Positions 38,736 through 52,032 of a stretch of DNA of 64,000 bases are shown piece by piece; position 1 is the first letter of the stretch, and every line of letters starts with the position of its first letter. The notes below the pieces were generated by a model that saw nothing but the letters and a program-made list of their open reading frames with translations, searched no databases and was not told where the DNA came from. The DNA is taken from positions 115,878,001-115,942,000 of the forward strand of contig NC_043002.1 in assembly GCF_006345805.1 (NCBI RefSeq), given 5' to 3'. The translations under genes and the position numbers were made by a program. Origin of the DNA: Octopus sinensis. Taxonomy: Eukaryota.

Positions 38736-39933
38736 CGGCTATGTCATGTCTGCTGACAAACACTAATAATAAGCAATGTCCCATGTGGCCCACTTCTTAA
38801 AAAGGGTTTCCCATACATACTCTGTGTGGCTCCATAAACTAACTGCTATATTTAGTAATTAAATTACCTTCAAACCACATTCCCCAATTTATGGAATAAA
38901 AAAGACTAATGTAACCTTATGTATAGTATGGATTAAAAAAGATGAGAAGATCATGGCTGTAATAGTAAGCCTGTGGTTAAACAAGTAAATTTTTTTTTTT
39001 CAGTAAGTTCAGTGAAGATGGTAGATATTTGAGCCTGCATCTTTGAAGATGCTTGTAGAATAAAAGATGAAAAATCTACTAGATAATCATACCAGAACCC
39101 TTGGTCATTAAATTTTGTTTATGAATAAGCAAATCCTATTTCAAAATATTGAAGTATAATTTAAATATATAGCCATGCTTTGGAATAGCTCTTAAAGAAT
39201 ATATTTAGTAGCCTAACCAGTACAGCATTAGTATTAAACTGACTCCACAGCATCAGCCTTCATACATTTCTTGATGGTACCAAAAAGAAAATGTTGAAAA
39301 TGTGTCTTGGTTTACAGAAAGTCAGCTAATTTGTTTATAAAAAAATATTAAGACTCCAATGTGGAAGGTGATTATAAGCCATTTAAGAAACACACAAAAA
39401 CCATTAGATTCACTTCAACATTTAAATTTAATTTGTCAAAATGTTTTCATCGCTTTGAGACCGCAACCTGTTCACTGACAAAATTCCATGCTGCATCTCC
39501 AATTAAGACTCCAATTTTGGGTAAATTCCCTAATTTTTTTATTTTGCAGAAGAGCTTATAAATGAACAAATTCTACTTCTCTTTAAAGTCTGCATACAAT
39601 AAGCTACTTGATTACATAAGAGGAAAAGGAAATAGCAAGTGTTTCATTTGTATGTGTGAATAAAAACGTGATTCATTACATGCAGCATTCTGATTTGCAG
39701 TTGAATGCAGTATTTAGTGTTAAGCCATTTGCATTTAACCCTTAGCATTCACATTTTTCTATCATAAGTAATGCTTATTTATTCTCATTCTTTTGTATTA
39801 ATCATGCATTCTCTTGTAGCTTTGAGATTTTGATAAGGTAACTGGTAATCTTTAGAATGGTGTTGTAGGGTTGGTCTGAGTGGCAAGATGTCTGGCCAGC
39901 TGGAGCATAAAACAGGTAGACTATTTTGACTGG

Positions 39934-40211
39934 TGTGGTGTGTGCGAGAGATTCAAAATAAAGACACCTACCTTCTCTTCTCTCAGACGGAGACCCTTCA
40001 GCGGTAACGGATCCTTCAACACAGCCCGACCCGAACACTAGAAATAGCAGCTGCTTCAACCCTACCTTAACAACGTGCTCACGCGTCTTACTCCCTTGGC
40101 GACCTCGATCGAAAAGGCCGAATCCTGCCCTGCCTGCACGCGCATCACTCGTGCCCCTTCTGGTCAGCCCCAAGTTCCGGTCAACTCCCCAGCTGCTGAC
40201 GTCATCCCACA
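39934..40211. mobile_element. 278-bp solo LTR inserted into a TTAACCC-type MITE
   Basis: Begins TGTGG and ends CCACA; 5-bp target duplication ACTGG at 39929-39933 and 40212-40216. CpG-rich. Host MITE ends are at ~39734 and ~40245. Confidence 0.85.
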
Positions 40212-41114
40212 ACTGGATATAGCTGGATTAAATGCTAAAGGATTAAAATGATAAAGTGACAACAGAAATATGAAGAAGAAATTATCTTGTAATTTATAAA
40301 TATTAATTTCAGAAAGTTCTTTGACATCAATTTTTCTTAATTTGTCTTTCCATTATTCATGGGTAGGGATTGAGTTCAAATTCTGCCAAGGTTGACTTTA
40401 CCTTTCATCCTTTTGGGGTCGGTAAATTAAGTACCAGTGAAACACTGGGGTCAATGTAATTGACTAGTCCCCTCCCTACAATTTCAGTCCTTGTGCCTAT
40501 AATAGAAAGGATTATTCATGTGTAGGGATACTTAAAGCAAAATATTCCAGCACCTTAGCCACTCAAAAGCTGAGATTTTATATTCATAAAGTCTTAATCA
40601 CATGTATGTATGTATATATATATATATATATAAAAAGAAGAAAATTAGTGATAAAATTGTAATGAACAATATTGTATATCTTTTAGAATTATTTGGAAAA
40701 GATTTTGAAAAAATTGTATTTGCTTTGCAAAATTCCTGATGTGAAATCTTGTGTTGAGGCAGGTTGGTCATATTTTTGCTAATTAAACACACTATATATC
40801 TGGTCTTCACTTCAGCTTTATTATTTCAATGTCTTTGTCTAAGCTCACAGGAAGACAAAATGGAATAAACAGAACAAGAGGAGACACATGGGATAGAGAG
40901 TCGCTGAAGAGGTCACAGAGTGTGTGATGAGAGAGCTTTGACAAAGAAACTAAGATAATAATAATAATAGTAATAATAATAATAAAGCAGAAGTGAAGAC
41001 CAAGTATATAGTGCGTGTGTTTAATTGGCAAGAATATGACCATCGCCAAGTATAACAATATTAAAAAAAAATTTGTCTGTAAAAATAAGAGAAGGTTTGT
41101 ATTTTACTTTCCAG

Positions 41115-41329
41115 GCAAACTTCATGAAGAATCTCTTCAGGAGGAAAAGGAAATTAAGTCTTGGATACATAAAGAGAAAAATAAAGTAGCTGAGTTCTTT
41201 GTAGATATCTATTTACTAGATATGGTTCGGCTGACTTCATCAGACTTGACTGCAGAAAACGTGACTGTGATTACCGATGTGATATCAGAATTGAAATCTA
41301 ATTTGGTTTCCGTTTCTTCTGATATATCC
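41115..41329 (+). CDS. CTBS-like: CTBS-like exon 3 (degenerate GH18 catalytic strand)
   Basis: ttttactttccAG acceptor (phase 1) and TCC|GTAAGT donor (phase 0). (G)KLHEESLQEEKEIKSWIHKEKNKVAEFFVDIYLLDMV.. aligns to CTBS GDVSLKDIIDPAFRASWIAQKLNLAKTQYMDGINIDIE. Confidence 0.85.
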
Positions 41330-41399
41330 GTAAGTTTATATTTCAGTCAATTTTAACTCTGTAATTAACCTTGTGACTAATTACTCCAGTAGGAAATAT

Positions 41400-41619
41400 G
41401 TTGTTGGCATCCTTTTTGTCTCGGGAGACAATGGAGTTGCGCATAAAATAATCTAGTCCGGCTTTTACATTTCATGTCCTAATACATTTCCTGCTGTGGC
41501 TGTGTAGTCCCATCCTGGACAAACACTCCCTTGGCAGGTGCCGCAAATGTAGCGAAGACTGTTCCTGGCTGGTTGTAGTGTCATAGTTTCTTGTTGACGT
41601 CTTTTCTTGTCTTTCCATT

Positions 41620-41662
<43 letters not shown>

Positions 41663-42410
41663 ACTCCTTTGTGTCCCTCTTTTACGGTACCGTCGCCAAT
41701 CTCCACGGTTGCTGGCAACTGCTTCCCAGTTGGTAATATTGATGTTGCAGGCATTCATGTCCCTTTTGCAAACATCCTTGTATTGTAAGAACGGTCTTCC
41801 CACAGACCTAGTGCCCCTAGCAAGCTCTCCGTTGAGTATGTCCTTGGGGATTCTACCATCTTCCATACAGCTAACATGTCCAAGCCATCTGATACGTCTT
41901 TGTGTGAGGAGTGCAAACATGCTTGGTATTCCTACTTGCTTGAGGACATCTTTGTTGGGGACATGATTCTGCCATTTGATGCGAAGGATTTTCCGGAGGC
42001 AGCGCAGGTGAAAGATGTTTAGGCGACGCTCTTGGCGTGTGTATGGCATCCAAGTCTCACTTCCATACAGTAGAGTGCTAAGTACACATGCCTGGTAAAT
42101 CTCCATTTTTATGGTTTTGGTAAGCTTATTGTTGTCCCATGCCCGTTTGGAGAGTTGGGCCATCGCAGCAGCTGCCTTGCCAATGCGTATATTGAGCTCA
42201 GCGTCAAGGGATAGGTTGTAGGTGATGGTAGAGCCAAGATAGGTAAACTTCTCCACCTCCTGTAGTCTGTGATCTCCAATATATCTGTTTGGGATGTCCA
42301 ATGTAGCCTGACCCATGATGTTGGTCTTTTTGAGGCTGATAACTAAGCCAAAGTCATTACATGCTTGCTCAAATCAGTTGATGAGCTTTTGGAGGGCTTC
42401 TTCTGAGTAT
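41400..42410 (-). mobile_element. RTE/BovB-like LINE 3' fragment; part duplicated at ~42520-42641
   Basis: EKFTYLGSTI..RIGKAAAAMAQL..STLLYGSETW..FHLRCLRKIL.IKW..RRIRWLGHV..GRP. Confidence 0.9.
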
Positions 42411-43792
42411 GATATATATATATATTTGGTAAAAACAGTAAGATAACAAAAGAAAGAAAGAGACCTCGATATTATGTAAATAGAGGATATTTATCTGTGG
42501 TCAGCTTATTGTCTTGGTCAGCTTATTGTTGTCCCATGCCTGTTTGGAGAGTTGGGCCATCACAGCAGCTGCCTTGCCAATGCGTATATTGAGCTCAGCA
42601 TCAAGGGATAGGTTGTAGGTGACGGCAGAGCCAAGATAGGTGGTGAAATGTGATTTCATGTGGGCATGATCCGAAAAGTTCTGTCCTTGAGTTTAGAGAT
42701 GTAGTAGGGCCTAAGCTGCTTTTCCAGATAAGCCATTTTTCCATGTCACACATATATATATATATACACACACACATATATATATATATACACACACACA
42801 CACATACACACACACACACACACACACATATTACCATCATCATCATCATCATTTAACATCCATTTTTTCCCATGCTGGCATGGGCTAGATGCTTTGACTG
42901 TAGATGGTAAGCCAGAAAGCTGCACCAGACTCCAGTCTGCTTTGACTTGGTTTCTACAGTTGGATGCCTTCCTAACACTAACCACTCCACTGAGTGTACT
43001 GGGTGTCTTTTATATGTCACTGGCATGGGTGCCTTTATGTGTCACCGGTATGGGTGCCTTTTATGTGTCACCAGCATGTGTGCCATTTGCACTTCACTGA
43101 CACTAGGCCATGACCATGATTTCACTTAGCTTGATATGTCTTCTCAAGCACAGCAATTCACCAGTAGTCCTGGTCACTTGTCATTGCTTCTGAGAGACTC
43201 AACATTCGAAAATCACATTTCACCACCTCACCCCACATCTTCCTGGGTTCCTTTCCACAGGTTCCTTTCACATTTAGAGATTGGCACTTCTTTATGCAGC
43301 TATCCTTGTCAGTGTGCCAACATTGACAGTGCCATGTGAAAGGGGAGGTGGGAGTGAACAGTGAGAAGCAGGATGGTAGTCAGCATCTGAAAAGAAGGTT
43401 TCAATGAGAGTGTTTGCCAGTATACATGACTTCTCCGTTGTCCTTGTATTTAATATCATCATTCGTGTTACATTTGCTGCATCGACTGGAAGTGAGTGCC
43501 ATATCATCAGTGATGATATGGCACTCACTTTTGCTTGATGGAACATGGATCACATTGTTGATGTAGGTAGATAAATAGAAATAGTAAAAATAATTGGGTG
43601 CTATACAAGCATTGTTAATACAAAGAAAAATAAATTGATAGGCAGTCTTCAACAACAACATTTTAGTGCAGGGTGTACAAACTATGGCATGATCATTAGA
43701 TAGAATGCCTTTGATTATAGATCTGCTCATTAAAAGATGGCCAGGAACTAAACAACAACTCTACAGAGGAGTAGATTGGAGAGGAGAAAGGA

Positions 43793-43824
<32 letters not shown>

Positions 43825-44599
43825 TCAAGAGTGTTACACTGTACTTTATATGATTAAGCACTGCATGTGAAAATGTGTAGAAGATATGAATCTTTGGAGC
43901 ATTTAGTTGTTTGATTAACAAGCTATGTACCATAGGTATACTCAGCCATACAAGACTTAGAGCTATGCAACAATATTTAACCCTTTAGCATTCATATTCT
44001 GTCAAAAACAGTGCTTATTTATTCCCAACCACATGGTTCTGGGTTCAGTCCCACTGCATGGTACTTTGGGAAAGTGTCTTCTACTATAGCCTTGCGAGTG
44101 GATTTGGTAGAAAGAAACTGAAAGAAGCGCCCATCATATCTATCTGTCAGTCTGTCTGTCTGTCTGTCTGTGTATCTAGCTATCCATTTATCTATCTGTC
44201 TGTCTATCTGTCTGCCTGCCTGCCTGCCAGTCTGTCTGTCTGTCCATTCGCCCGTCCGTTTGTCTGTCTGTCTATCTATCTATCTATCTTCTTTCTTTTT
44301 TTCCTTCTTTCTTTGTGTGATTGTCCCCCACCACTGCATGACAACCAGTGTTGGTGTGTTAATGTGCTTGTAACTTAGCAGTTTAGCAAATGAGACTGAT
44401 AGAATAAATATCCAACTTAACAAAAAAGAAAAAAAAACACAGTACTGGAGTCAATCCATTTAACTGGAAAGAACCATGTTGTCCCATGTGGTGTCTCAGC
44501 ATGGCTGCAGTGAAATGACTGAAACATTAAAATGTTAAAAAATAATTAATTTTTTTAGAATGCTGTTGTAAGGTTGGTGTGAAAAACCAGATCTGGCCT

Positions 44600-44948
44600 G
44601 TTTGAACATAGCACCCGTGGACATGTTTACAAAGTCAGAAAACAGCACAGCTCCTTCCATGACTTTTGGAAACATTTTTTTCACGCTGAGAGTTGCTGAA
44701 GCATGGAACAAACTGCCGGCATCAGTTGTTAGTTGTCGGAGCACTGCATCCTTCAAAACTTCCATGCTTCCCGAGATTCGCCAACACAACACCTGATTGT
44801 CTCCCCTCCATACACACGCAAGCATGTATCTGACTCATTCACTGTTCACTCTCCAGACATTTGTACATTACTGCATATACTTTATACACACTTTCTGACA
44901 AGTTGTGGTGCACCTGAGCACTGTATACAATAATTTCATTATTATTTT
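44600..44948 (+). mobile_element. CR1-type LINE 3' end
   Basis: cgtggacatg..tttttcacgctgagagttgctgaagcatggaacaaactgcc...gcacctgagcactgtatacaataatttcatt, same family as 37745-38130. Confidence 0.85.
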
Positions 44949-45313
44949 TTTTTATTATAAAACATGTAGGATAATTTGACTGGATATGGCAGGTTTAAGT
45001 GCTAAAGGGTTAATATACTTAAAAATTTCTTTCCTCCTTCACAATATACACAGTCTTCCTTGCTTTTACTCTTTTCATTTATTTCAATATTTTAAACCTT
45101 TTTTAAGACTTTTTTTTTAAAGATTTATTTAAAAATCTCATTGGGTACATCTTGCTCTAATGAGAACTGTGTTCTATCGTTGTCCTACTATATGCATAGC
45201 AAATAAATATTAAAATTTTCATTTAGTACTCTTTTTTCTCTCCAAATATTTCAGTGTTGTATATAGAAGTATTTTTTAAAAAAATCATGTCTATAAAACC
45301 TGTCTTTTTACAG

Positions 45314-45485
45314 TTTCTGTGCCTTATCAGTTGGTTCCCACCTTGTCGTGAATATCAGTGCAAATTTATAAAGAAAATGCTTAGTGTGTGTGATAAATTT
45401 ATGCTTAACGCTGAAAGCTTTATAAATCATGAAGAGACTCATTGTTTGGCTCAAGCCGCTGTTCCAATTACTAAACTACACTTTG
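45314..45485 (+). CDS. CTBS-like: CTBS-like exon 4
   Basis: tctttttacAG / G|GTAAGT; 172 nt. FLCLISWFPPCREYQC..CDKFMLNAESFINHEETHCLAQAAVP aligns to VTFDVAWSPK..RC..CDFLFVMSYDEQSQIWSECIAAANAP, gap-free from CD onward. Confidence 0.9.
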
Positions 45486-47264
45486 GTAAGTACGGTACTA
45501 CAACTAAATTATTGAATTATTTCAAGCTTAATGTTGATGTTTTCTATCTCAAAAAGCTCAATGAAAAAATTTACATCTTATTTTTGATTTATAACCACTT
45601 CATTTTCTCTTTTAAACTTAATAAAGAGGAAATTATATAAACTTCCTTTTCTTTAAAATGAAATGATTTTTTAAACAATATCACTTAGTTGTTATATGAA
45701 TCCTTTGGAAAACTGAAAACTCCATTTCACCATCCTAAGATACTTGAATAGTTTTCTAAATTATATTTTCTTTGCAGTCACTATGACAGATGTTCCCTGT
45801 CGGATGTACTCTTTATCATAAAACAGTTATTTCATTGCAACATGTAGACTGTTCTTTGCTTATGGTTGACAATTGGTACAAACCAATGTTGTAAGATATG
45901 AACTTTTATTGTTAGAGTCAGCAGTGCCACACAGTAACTTACTACGTGTTAACTATGCCTTATTAAGGATCTAAAGAGACATTGTTACTTTCAACTTTGT
46001 TTCTTTTATAAACTGTTACTGGTTATCAGTTAAGGTATTTAATATAGTTGAACATTTAATGTAATCACTAGTATTTGTTGTTTGTGTTAGCAAGAGGTGA
46101 AAACAGATGTTAGCAAAAGCATGAGAATTCACTCAGACATACATTGACTAATTTAAGCAATGTGTAGTAGATGGTGCTTGCCAAGTATTTTTAATATTAT
46201 TTATGTAGCCTCAAACACGGTGAGGTAGCAGAATCATTACTGTACCAGTTAAATGCTTAGCAGCATTTTGTTTGTCTTTACATGCTGAGTTCAAATTCCA
46301 CTGATGTTGACTTTGCCTTTAATCCTTTCAAGGACAGGAGTCCTGGGGTTGATGTAATTGATTTACGCCCATCCCAAAATTGCTGGCCTTGTGCCAAAAT
46401 TTGAAACCATTATTAATATAGCCTCATTTTCTCTCCTCACTTTTATAAATTTTTCTCTTTTTTTCATTTTTTCTTTTTGGAAATCATTTCATTGTGACCA
46501 TCACCTCTGAATAAAACATCTGTCTCACTTTTTGTGTATTTTTCCAAAGTGTAGAAGTTTATGTATCTTAAGCTGTATTTATTGAAGGTAGGAGGCAGAA
46601 TTGAATGCTAGAATTGCAGGTGTTGGCACAATAACACAAAGTTACAAAATTTTATTTTTTAATCTTTGGTCAGTAAGTGTTATTTTCTATTTGCTTCTCT
46701 CTAAAAATCAAAGGAAATGACTACCATTCCCTTCAAACTTCGGTTTTCTGACTCAGTTACTTGACCGTAACTAGTTGAGCATTTCTTTGGTGGCTGACAA
46801 TATGTGCATCTCCAATCATGAGCAGGTGTGGAGAGAGGTGCATCATAGCCATGTGTTGAGAGGGTTTCTTTGGGGTTTGAATAAATATTGTAACAAAAGC
46901 AAGGTTTGAAGGAAGTATTAGCCATTTTTCATAGTTTCTAGGAGTAAGCAAATAGGAAATGACAGTTGTTACCCAAGGACAAAAATCATGTTACACATTG
47001 TAATATATGCACTCACAAAAGAAAATTGTTCCTTTTAACTTGGCTCAAGGATAAAGTATAGTCAATAAAATCAATGCCAGAATATCGCTGGAACTTATTT
47101 TAGCAACTGCAGTCAGATAAAAAGCCAAGTCAATTCTAGCAGGAATTAATTATTTATGTGAATGGATAAAATTGATAGTAAGTTAAATGCTTTTCAATTT
47201 CTACTTGACAAATTCTCTGACCTGTCTGTCTGAAAGTATTTTGCTCTGTGTTTAGTAGCTGATC

Positions 47265-47298
<34 letters not shown>

Positions 47299-48349
47299 TG
47301 TGTACAGTGCTCAGGTGCACTACAACTCATCCAAAGTGTATATATAATCAGGTGTAGTTTCGGCGGATTTCGGAAAGCATGGTGTGTATTTCCTCTGGGA
47401 TTGCTGCAATTTATACCAGTTAAATACCAGGTTCAACTCAAAATACAGACCTCTCTCTCTTACTAATGCTGAAGTCAGATATCATAATTAAGGATTTTTT
47501 TTTCTTTCTGTATTCAGAAAATGTTTTTTGTTGTTGATTGTGAATTTTAAGTGTAGTATTGAACAAAAGAGCTTCTGCATAATCATACAGCATGCTAGAA
47601 ATGGCAGTCAGATTTCACACAAATCAATATTTTCAAACTTTACAAATGAAAGGACAAAAACTGTGTTACACTGTGTAAAACACTGTCTCCAGCATTCAAG
47701 TATCTGAAGAGAAGAGGCAAGCAAAAAAATTCAAATCTATTTTCAATTTGGTTTCCATACCTCTTGTTGAGTAATGGCCAAAGGAATTGGATTGTGAATA
47801 CAATTAGCTGAAATGGTGTTCCTCCGAAGGGTCTTTGGAGTAACATTACTCAATGGAATGTGTAGCTCATTAACTTACTCAATGGAATGATTAGGGAGTC
47901 TCTCCAGGTCGAGCTGATACTTCCCCACTTCGGGAGGTCACAGCCCTGGTACTATGGACATGTGATTAGAATGTCATAGGAAAGAATTGAAAGATGAACC
48001 CTTCAAGCCAAGCCAACTGGCAGGAAACCTAGGGGTAGACGAACAAGATGGTTGGATAATATCCATAGTCTTAGTTGGTCATGCTTGGGAATCCAGCTAG
48101 AATGTCTAATGATGGTTGCTTCTGACAGGACCCAGTGGAGGAGGTGCCTGAGGACTCTCCCCTCATGACCATCCCAGGAATAGTGGACAGAGGAGATGGA
48201 AGGAGACTTATTCATGGTCACCTATCATTAGCTAAACATTTTTGATATTCATTTATTGTTCTTTGTTGTTAGTATAATATCAGTTATCAGTCAGAATTTC
48301 AAGATAATTCTAAGGTAGATATTTAATTATTATTATTTTTTGCTTTCAG

Positions 48350-48456
48350 GTTTTGATGAATACATGGTCAGTGGTGTTTCTCCTCAAAAATTTATTTTAA
48401 GTGTACCATGGCATGGCTATGTCTACCTCTGTGATATTTTTAAACCCAAAGGAAAT
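48350..48456 (+). CDS. CTBS-like: CTBS-like exon 5
   Basis: ttgctttcAG / AAT|GTAAGT. (G)FDEYMVSGVSPQKFILSVPWHGYVYLC vs CTBS GYNDYIKMSINPKKLVMGVPWYGYDYTC. Confidence 0.92.
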
Positions 48457-49065
48457 GTAAGTATATTATTATTGTTCTATCATTTCTAATACGTTAAAAC
48501 TTCATTACATGTTATTCATTATATCCATCACAAGCACCTTACTACACTCTGCAAAGTGGTTGGCGGTAGGAAGGACATCGAGCCATAGAAACCAAGCCAA
48601 AACAGACTATGGAACCTGGTGTGGCCCCTGGTCTTGTCAGTTCTTGTCAAGCCGTCCAACCCATGCCAGCATGGAAAATGGGTGTTAAATGTTGATGACG
48701 ATGAGTCGATCTTCTCAGAAATTTATCCCGAGTTGTTCGATATGGCTATCCTTAAGAACATACGGAATTTATAGTTAAAGGGAGGTAATTCAGCATCTGT
48801 AATATTTTCCATAAAAGGAAAAAAGTTCAATTTTATAAAGTTCAATGACTATTCTCCTTACTTGATTAAAACAACTATTTTTACAACGATAGTTTCAATA
48901 CAGATATTTATTTATTCATTTATTTTTATAGATGTTTTTCATGATAGTTTCAGGTGATAAATTTGACTTATTCCTCATTTTTCCATCTAACATTTGATGT
49001 CATTTACAAATTAACTGCATTTAAGAATCATAAAAAATACGTTAAAAAAATTATGATTGTGAAAC

Positions 49066-49319
49066 ATAACGTGTCTTGAATGGCACAACAATGCAGAGTA
49101 GACTATTTAATTATTCATAGTCTGATATAATATTTTGGAATATAAAAATTCTTTCTAGGAGTTGATTGCTTATAGCAGTGACTCGATCAATTCCTAGCAA
49201 TATCCGAAGAAGGAATTTTTATATTCCAAAATAATATTATCTTATCAGACTGTGGATAATTAAATTATAACACTTAGTATAGTCCACTCTGCATTGTTGT
49301 GCCATTCAAGACATGTTAT
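49066..49319. repeat. Intronic fold-back ~120 bp upstream of exon 6
   Basis: Outer arms 49066-49106 / 49279-49319 match at 39 of 41 positions; inner arms at 49120-49151 / 49213-49250. Confidence 0.85.
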
Positions 49320-49436
49320 ATTTTACAGACAATACACAACGCTTCTAGTAAACTACAATAATCTGTAATTAATATGATGATAAAGAAATGAATGAAAAAT
49401 TTTACAAATTAAATTGATATTATTTTTTTCACTTAG

Positions 49437-49607
49437 GGTTCTCTTTATGACCAATGTTTTATAAGAAAGAAAAATGGATCGCAGACATGTGATTATAACC
49501 ATTGTCGCCAAAAACTAGATATGAATACAATGGCTGAGAAGTACATGAAATATGAAAGTGAAAACATCTGGAATGCTGTTTATTTGGCTCCATATTTTAA
49601 TATCGAG
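49437..49607 (+). CDS. CTBS-like: CTBS-like exon 6
   Basis: ttttttcacttAG / GAG|GTAAAA; 57 codons, phase 0/0. GSLYDQCFIRKKNGSQTCDYNHCRQK..ENIWNAVYLAPYFNIE vs CTBS HVCTIAK..PCSD..RQ..NLWDKDQRAPYYNYK. Confidence 0.85.
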
Positions 49608-50663
49608 GTAAAATTCTTTACAGTGACTTGTTTTTTTTTTTTTAAACTAATTAGTTTTTAAGAAGTTGTGTTTTGTATCTATTGACCACCATGGCTTACT
49701 ACTTACATTTCCATACTTCATTGGAGTGACTAGAATTACAGTAAAATGGTAATTTTTGTCCTTACATTTTCAACTCAAGCCATTATCACCTGTTCCATCT
49801 TCTATGAATAACATCTTGGATTTTGGACTCATTGAAATTTTTTATGCTTTCACTTTTCACCTCTGTCAATCCTTGGTATTTGCTTCCATAAAAATTCTCC
49901 AATAATTTGGAATTATAACATTACATAAGTGTTGACATGGCTTTGTGGTTAAGAAGCTGAACTTCTTAACCACTTGGTTTCAGGGTCAATCCTACTGTGC
50001 AGCAGCATCTTCCACTGTAGCTCCAACACCAGGCATCTTCCACTGTAGCTCCAACACCAGGCTGATTAAAGACTTGTGAGTGAATTTGATGGATGGAAAC
50101 TGAAAAAGAAACCTATTTAAATGTGTGTGTGTGTGAGAGAAGGCGTGGTTCTCTGGCTCATCAGCTCCTGTATAATTATTCAGCCTGTGCCAGCATGGAA
50201 AATGCATGTTAAATTATGATGATGATGATATATGTATATGATATGTGTCCATGCATGTTTGTGTGTTTGTTTACATCTGCTGCTTGCTTATATAAAAGTC
50301 ATGATGTTCGCATGATGTTCTGTTGGTATTTCTCCTTCCAATACGTTGTCCATTCACTTCATATCTTTGAAGCTACATGGAATAAGAAAACCCTTTGCTT
50401 GAAAAACAGGCAGGTGTTCATGATAGGAAGAGTATCCAGCTGTTGTTTTACAGCTAGATACTCTCAGTAACATATTTTTCTAATCTAGGTGCAGCAGTGG
50501 CTGTGTGGTAAGTAGCTTGTTTACCAACCAAATGGTTCCAGGTTCAGTCCCACTGCATGGCACTTTGGGCAAGTGTCTTCTACTATAGCCTTGGGCCGAC
50601 CAAAGCCTTGTGAGCGGAATTGGTAGACGGAAACTGAAAGAAGCCCATTGTATATATGTATGT

Positions 50664-50699
<36 letters not shown>

Positions 50700-50744
50700 A
50701 CTGGTGTTGTTCAAACGATGAATAGCTTCGCGTAAACCATGGTC

Positions 50745-51835
50745 CGTTTTGTTCTCTTACTTTATTATCATTTTTAACTGGTTGAAATCCTTCATTCTCA
50801 GCCGAAAGGAGGTAGTCACAGTTCTAGGACAGCATTCTACACCATATGAGATGTCATCGGGTGTACCACAGGGATCTGTCCTTGGTCCCCTCTTGTTTGT
50901 GGCATACATTAATGACATAGATGCCAATTTAAAGAATGCCACAGTATTGAAATATGCAGACGACATCAAGCTGTACCTTGAAACCAAGAAGACAGATCCT
51001 GATGTCTACAACTCTTTCCTGCAATCAGACCTAGACACAATGCAGCAATGGATCACAGACTGGCAACTGAAACTGGCTGTGGACCACCATGCATTTTGGG
51101 AGAAAAAACCCTGTGTCCACATACTCCCTCCACAACACTGATATCAAGAAATCCTCTTGCGAGCGTGACCTAGGCATCACCATCAGCAGTGATTTGCGTT
51201 GGACAAAGCATATCTCTAAAATTGTCAAGAAGGCCGAGGGTGTCTTGGCATCACTCAGCAAGACTTTTGTTAGCCGCTCTCCAGCCAACTATTTAAAACT
51301 GTATACAGCTATGGTACGACCACACTTGGAATTCGCATCATCAGTTTGGAACCCCTATCTTGCTCAGAACATTGACCTCCTGGAATCTGTCCAGAGACGT
51401 GCAACCAAACGCATACCCTCTATCAGACACCTACCATATTCTGAGCGCCTTGTTTCCCTGGGCATGGATTCACTGAAGCTCCGGCATCTGGCGATGGAAT
51501 TGGTAAACACCCACAAAGTTATCAACCACCTCACCAACAACAACACTGAACACCTTTTTGATCTCCATGTGTCCAACACACGTGGACATGCCTACAAAGT
51601 CAGAAAACAACACAGCTCCCATGACTTTCGGAAACATTTTTTCACGCTCAGAGTTGCTGAAGCATGGAATAAACTGCCTGCGTCAGTTGTTGACTGCCAT
51701 GACACTGCATCCTTTAAGGCCCTCATGCTTTCCGAAATCCGCCGAAACTACACCTGATTATATATACACTTTAGATGAGTTGTAGTGCACCTGAGCACTG
51801 TACACAATTATTATTATATTATTATTATTATTATT
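50745..51835 (+). mobile_element. CR1-type LINE 3' fragment (RT C-terminus to tail)
   Basis: SGVPQGSVLGPLLFVAYIND..KYADDIKL..ERDLGI..RPHLEFAS.VWNP..FFTLRVAEAWNKLP. Confidence 0.92.
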
Positions 51836-51987
51836 ATCTTATAATCATCTCATAATAATGACTTTTATGACTCGTATTACTACCTCAGTCAATTTAAATG
51901 TATATATTTGTCGTTACCTGTCATAAATAGCCTTTTTTATTTGCAATGTGCATTTTCGTTGATTTTTCATATTTTACCCCTACACAC

Positions 51988-52032
<45 letters not shown>

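Noticed and set aside
50271-50372. Possible antisense terminal exon LQRYEVNGQRIGRRN...
   Set aside because: Short, no partner exons, and resembles a degraded RTE C-terminal motif.
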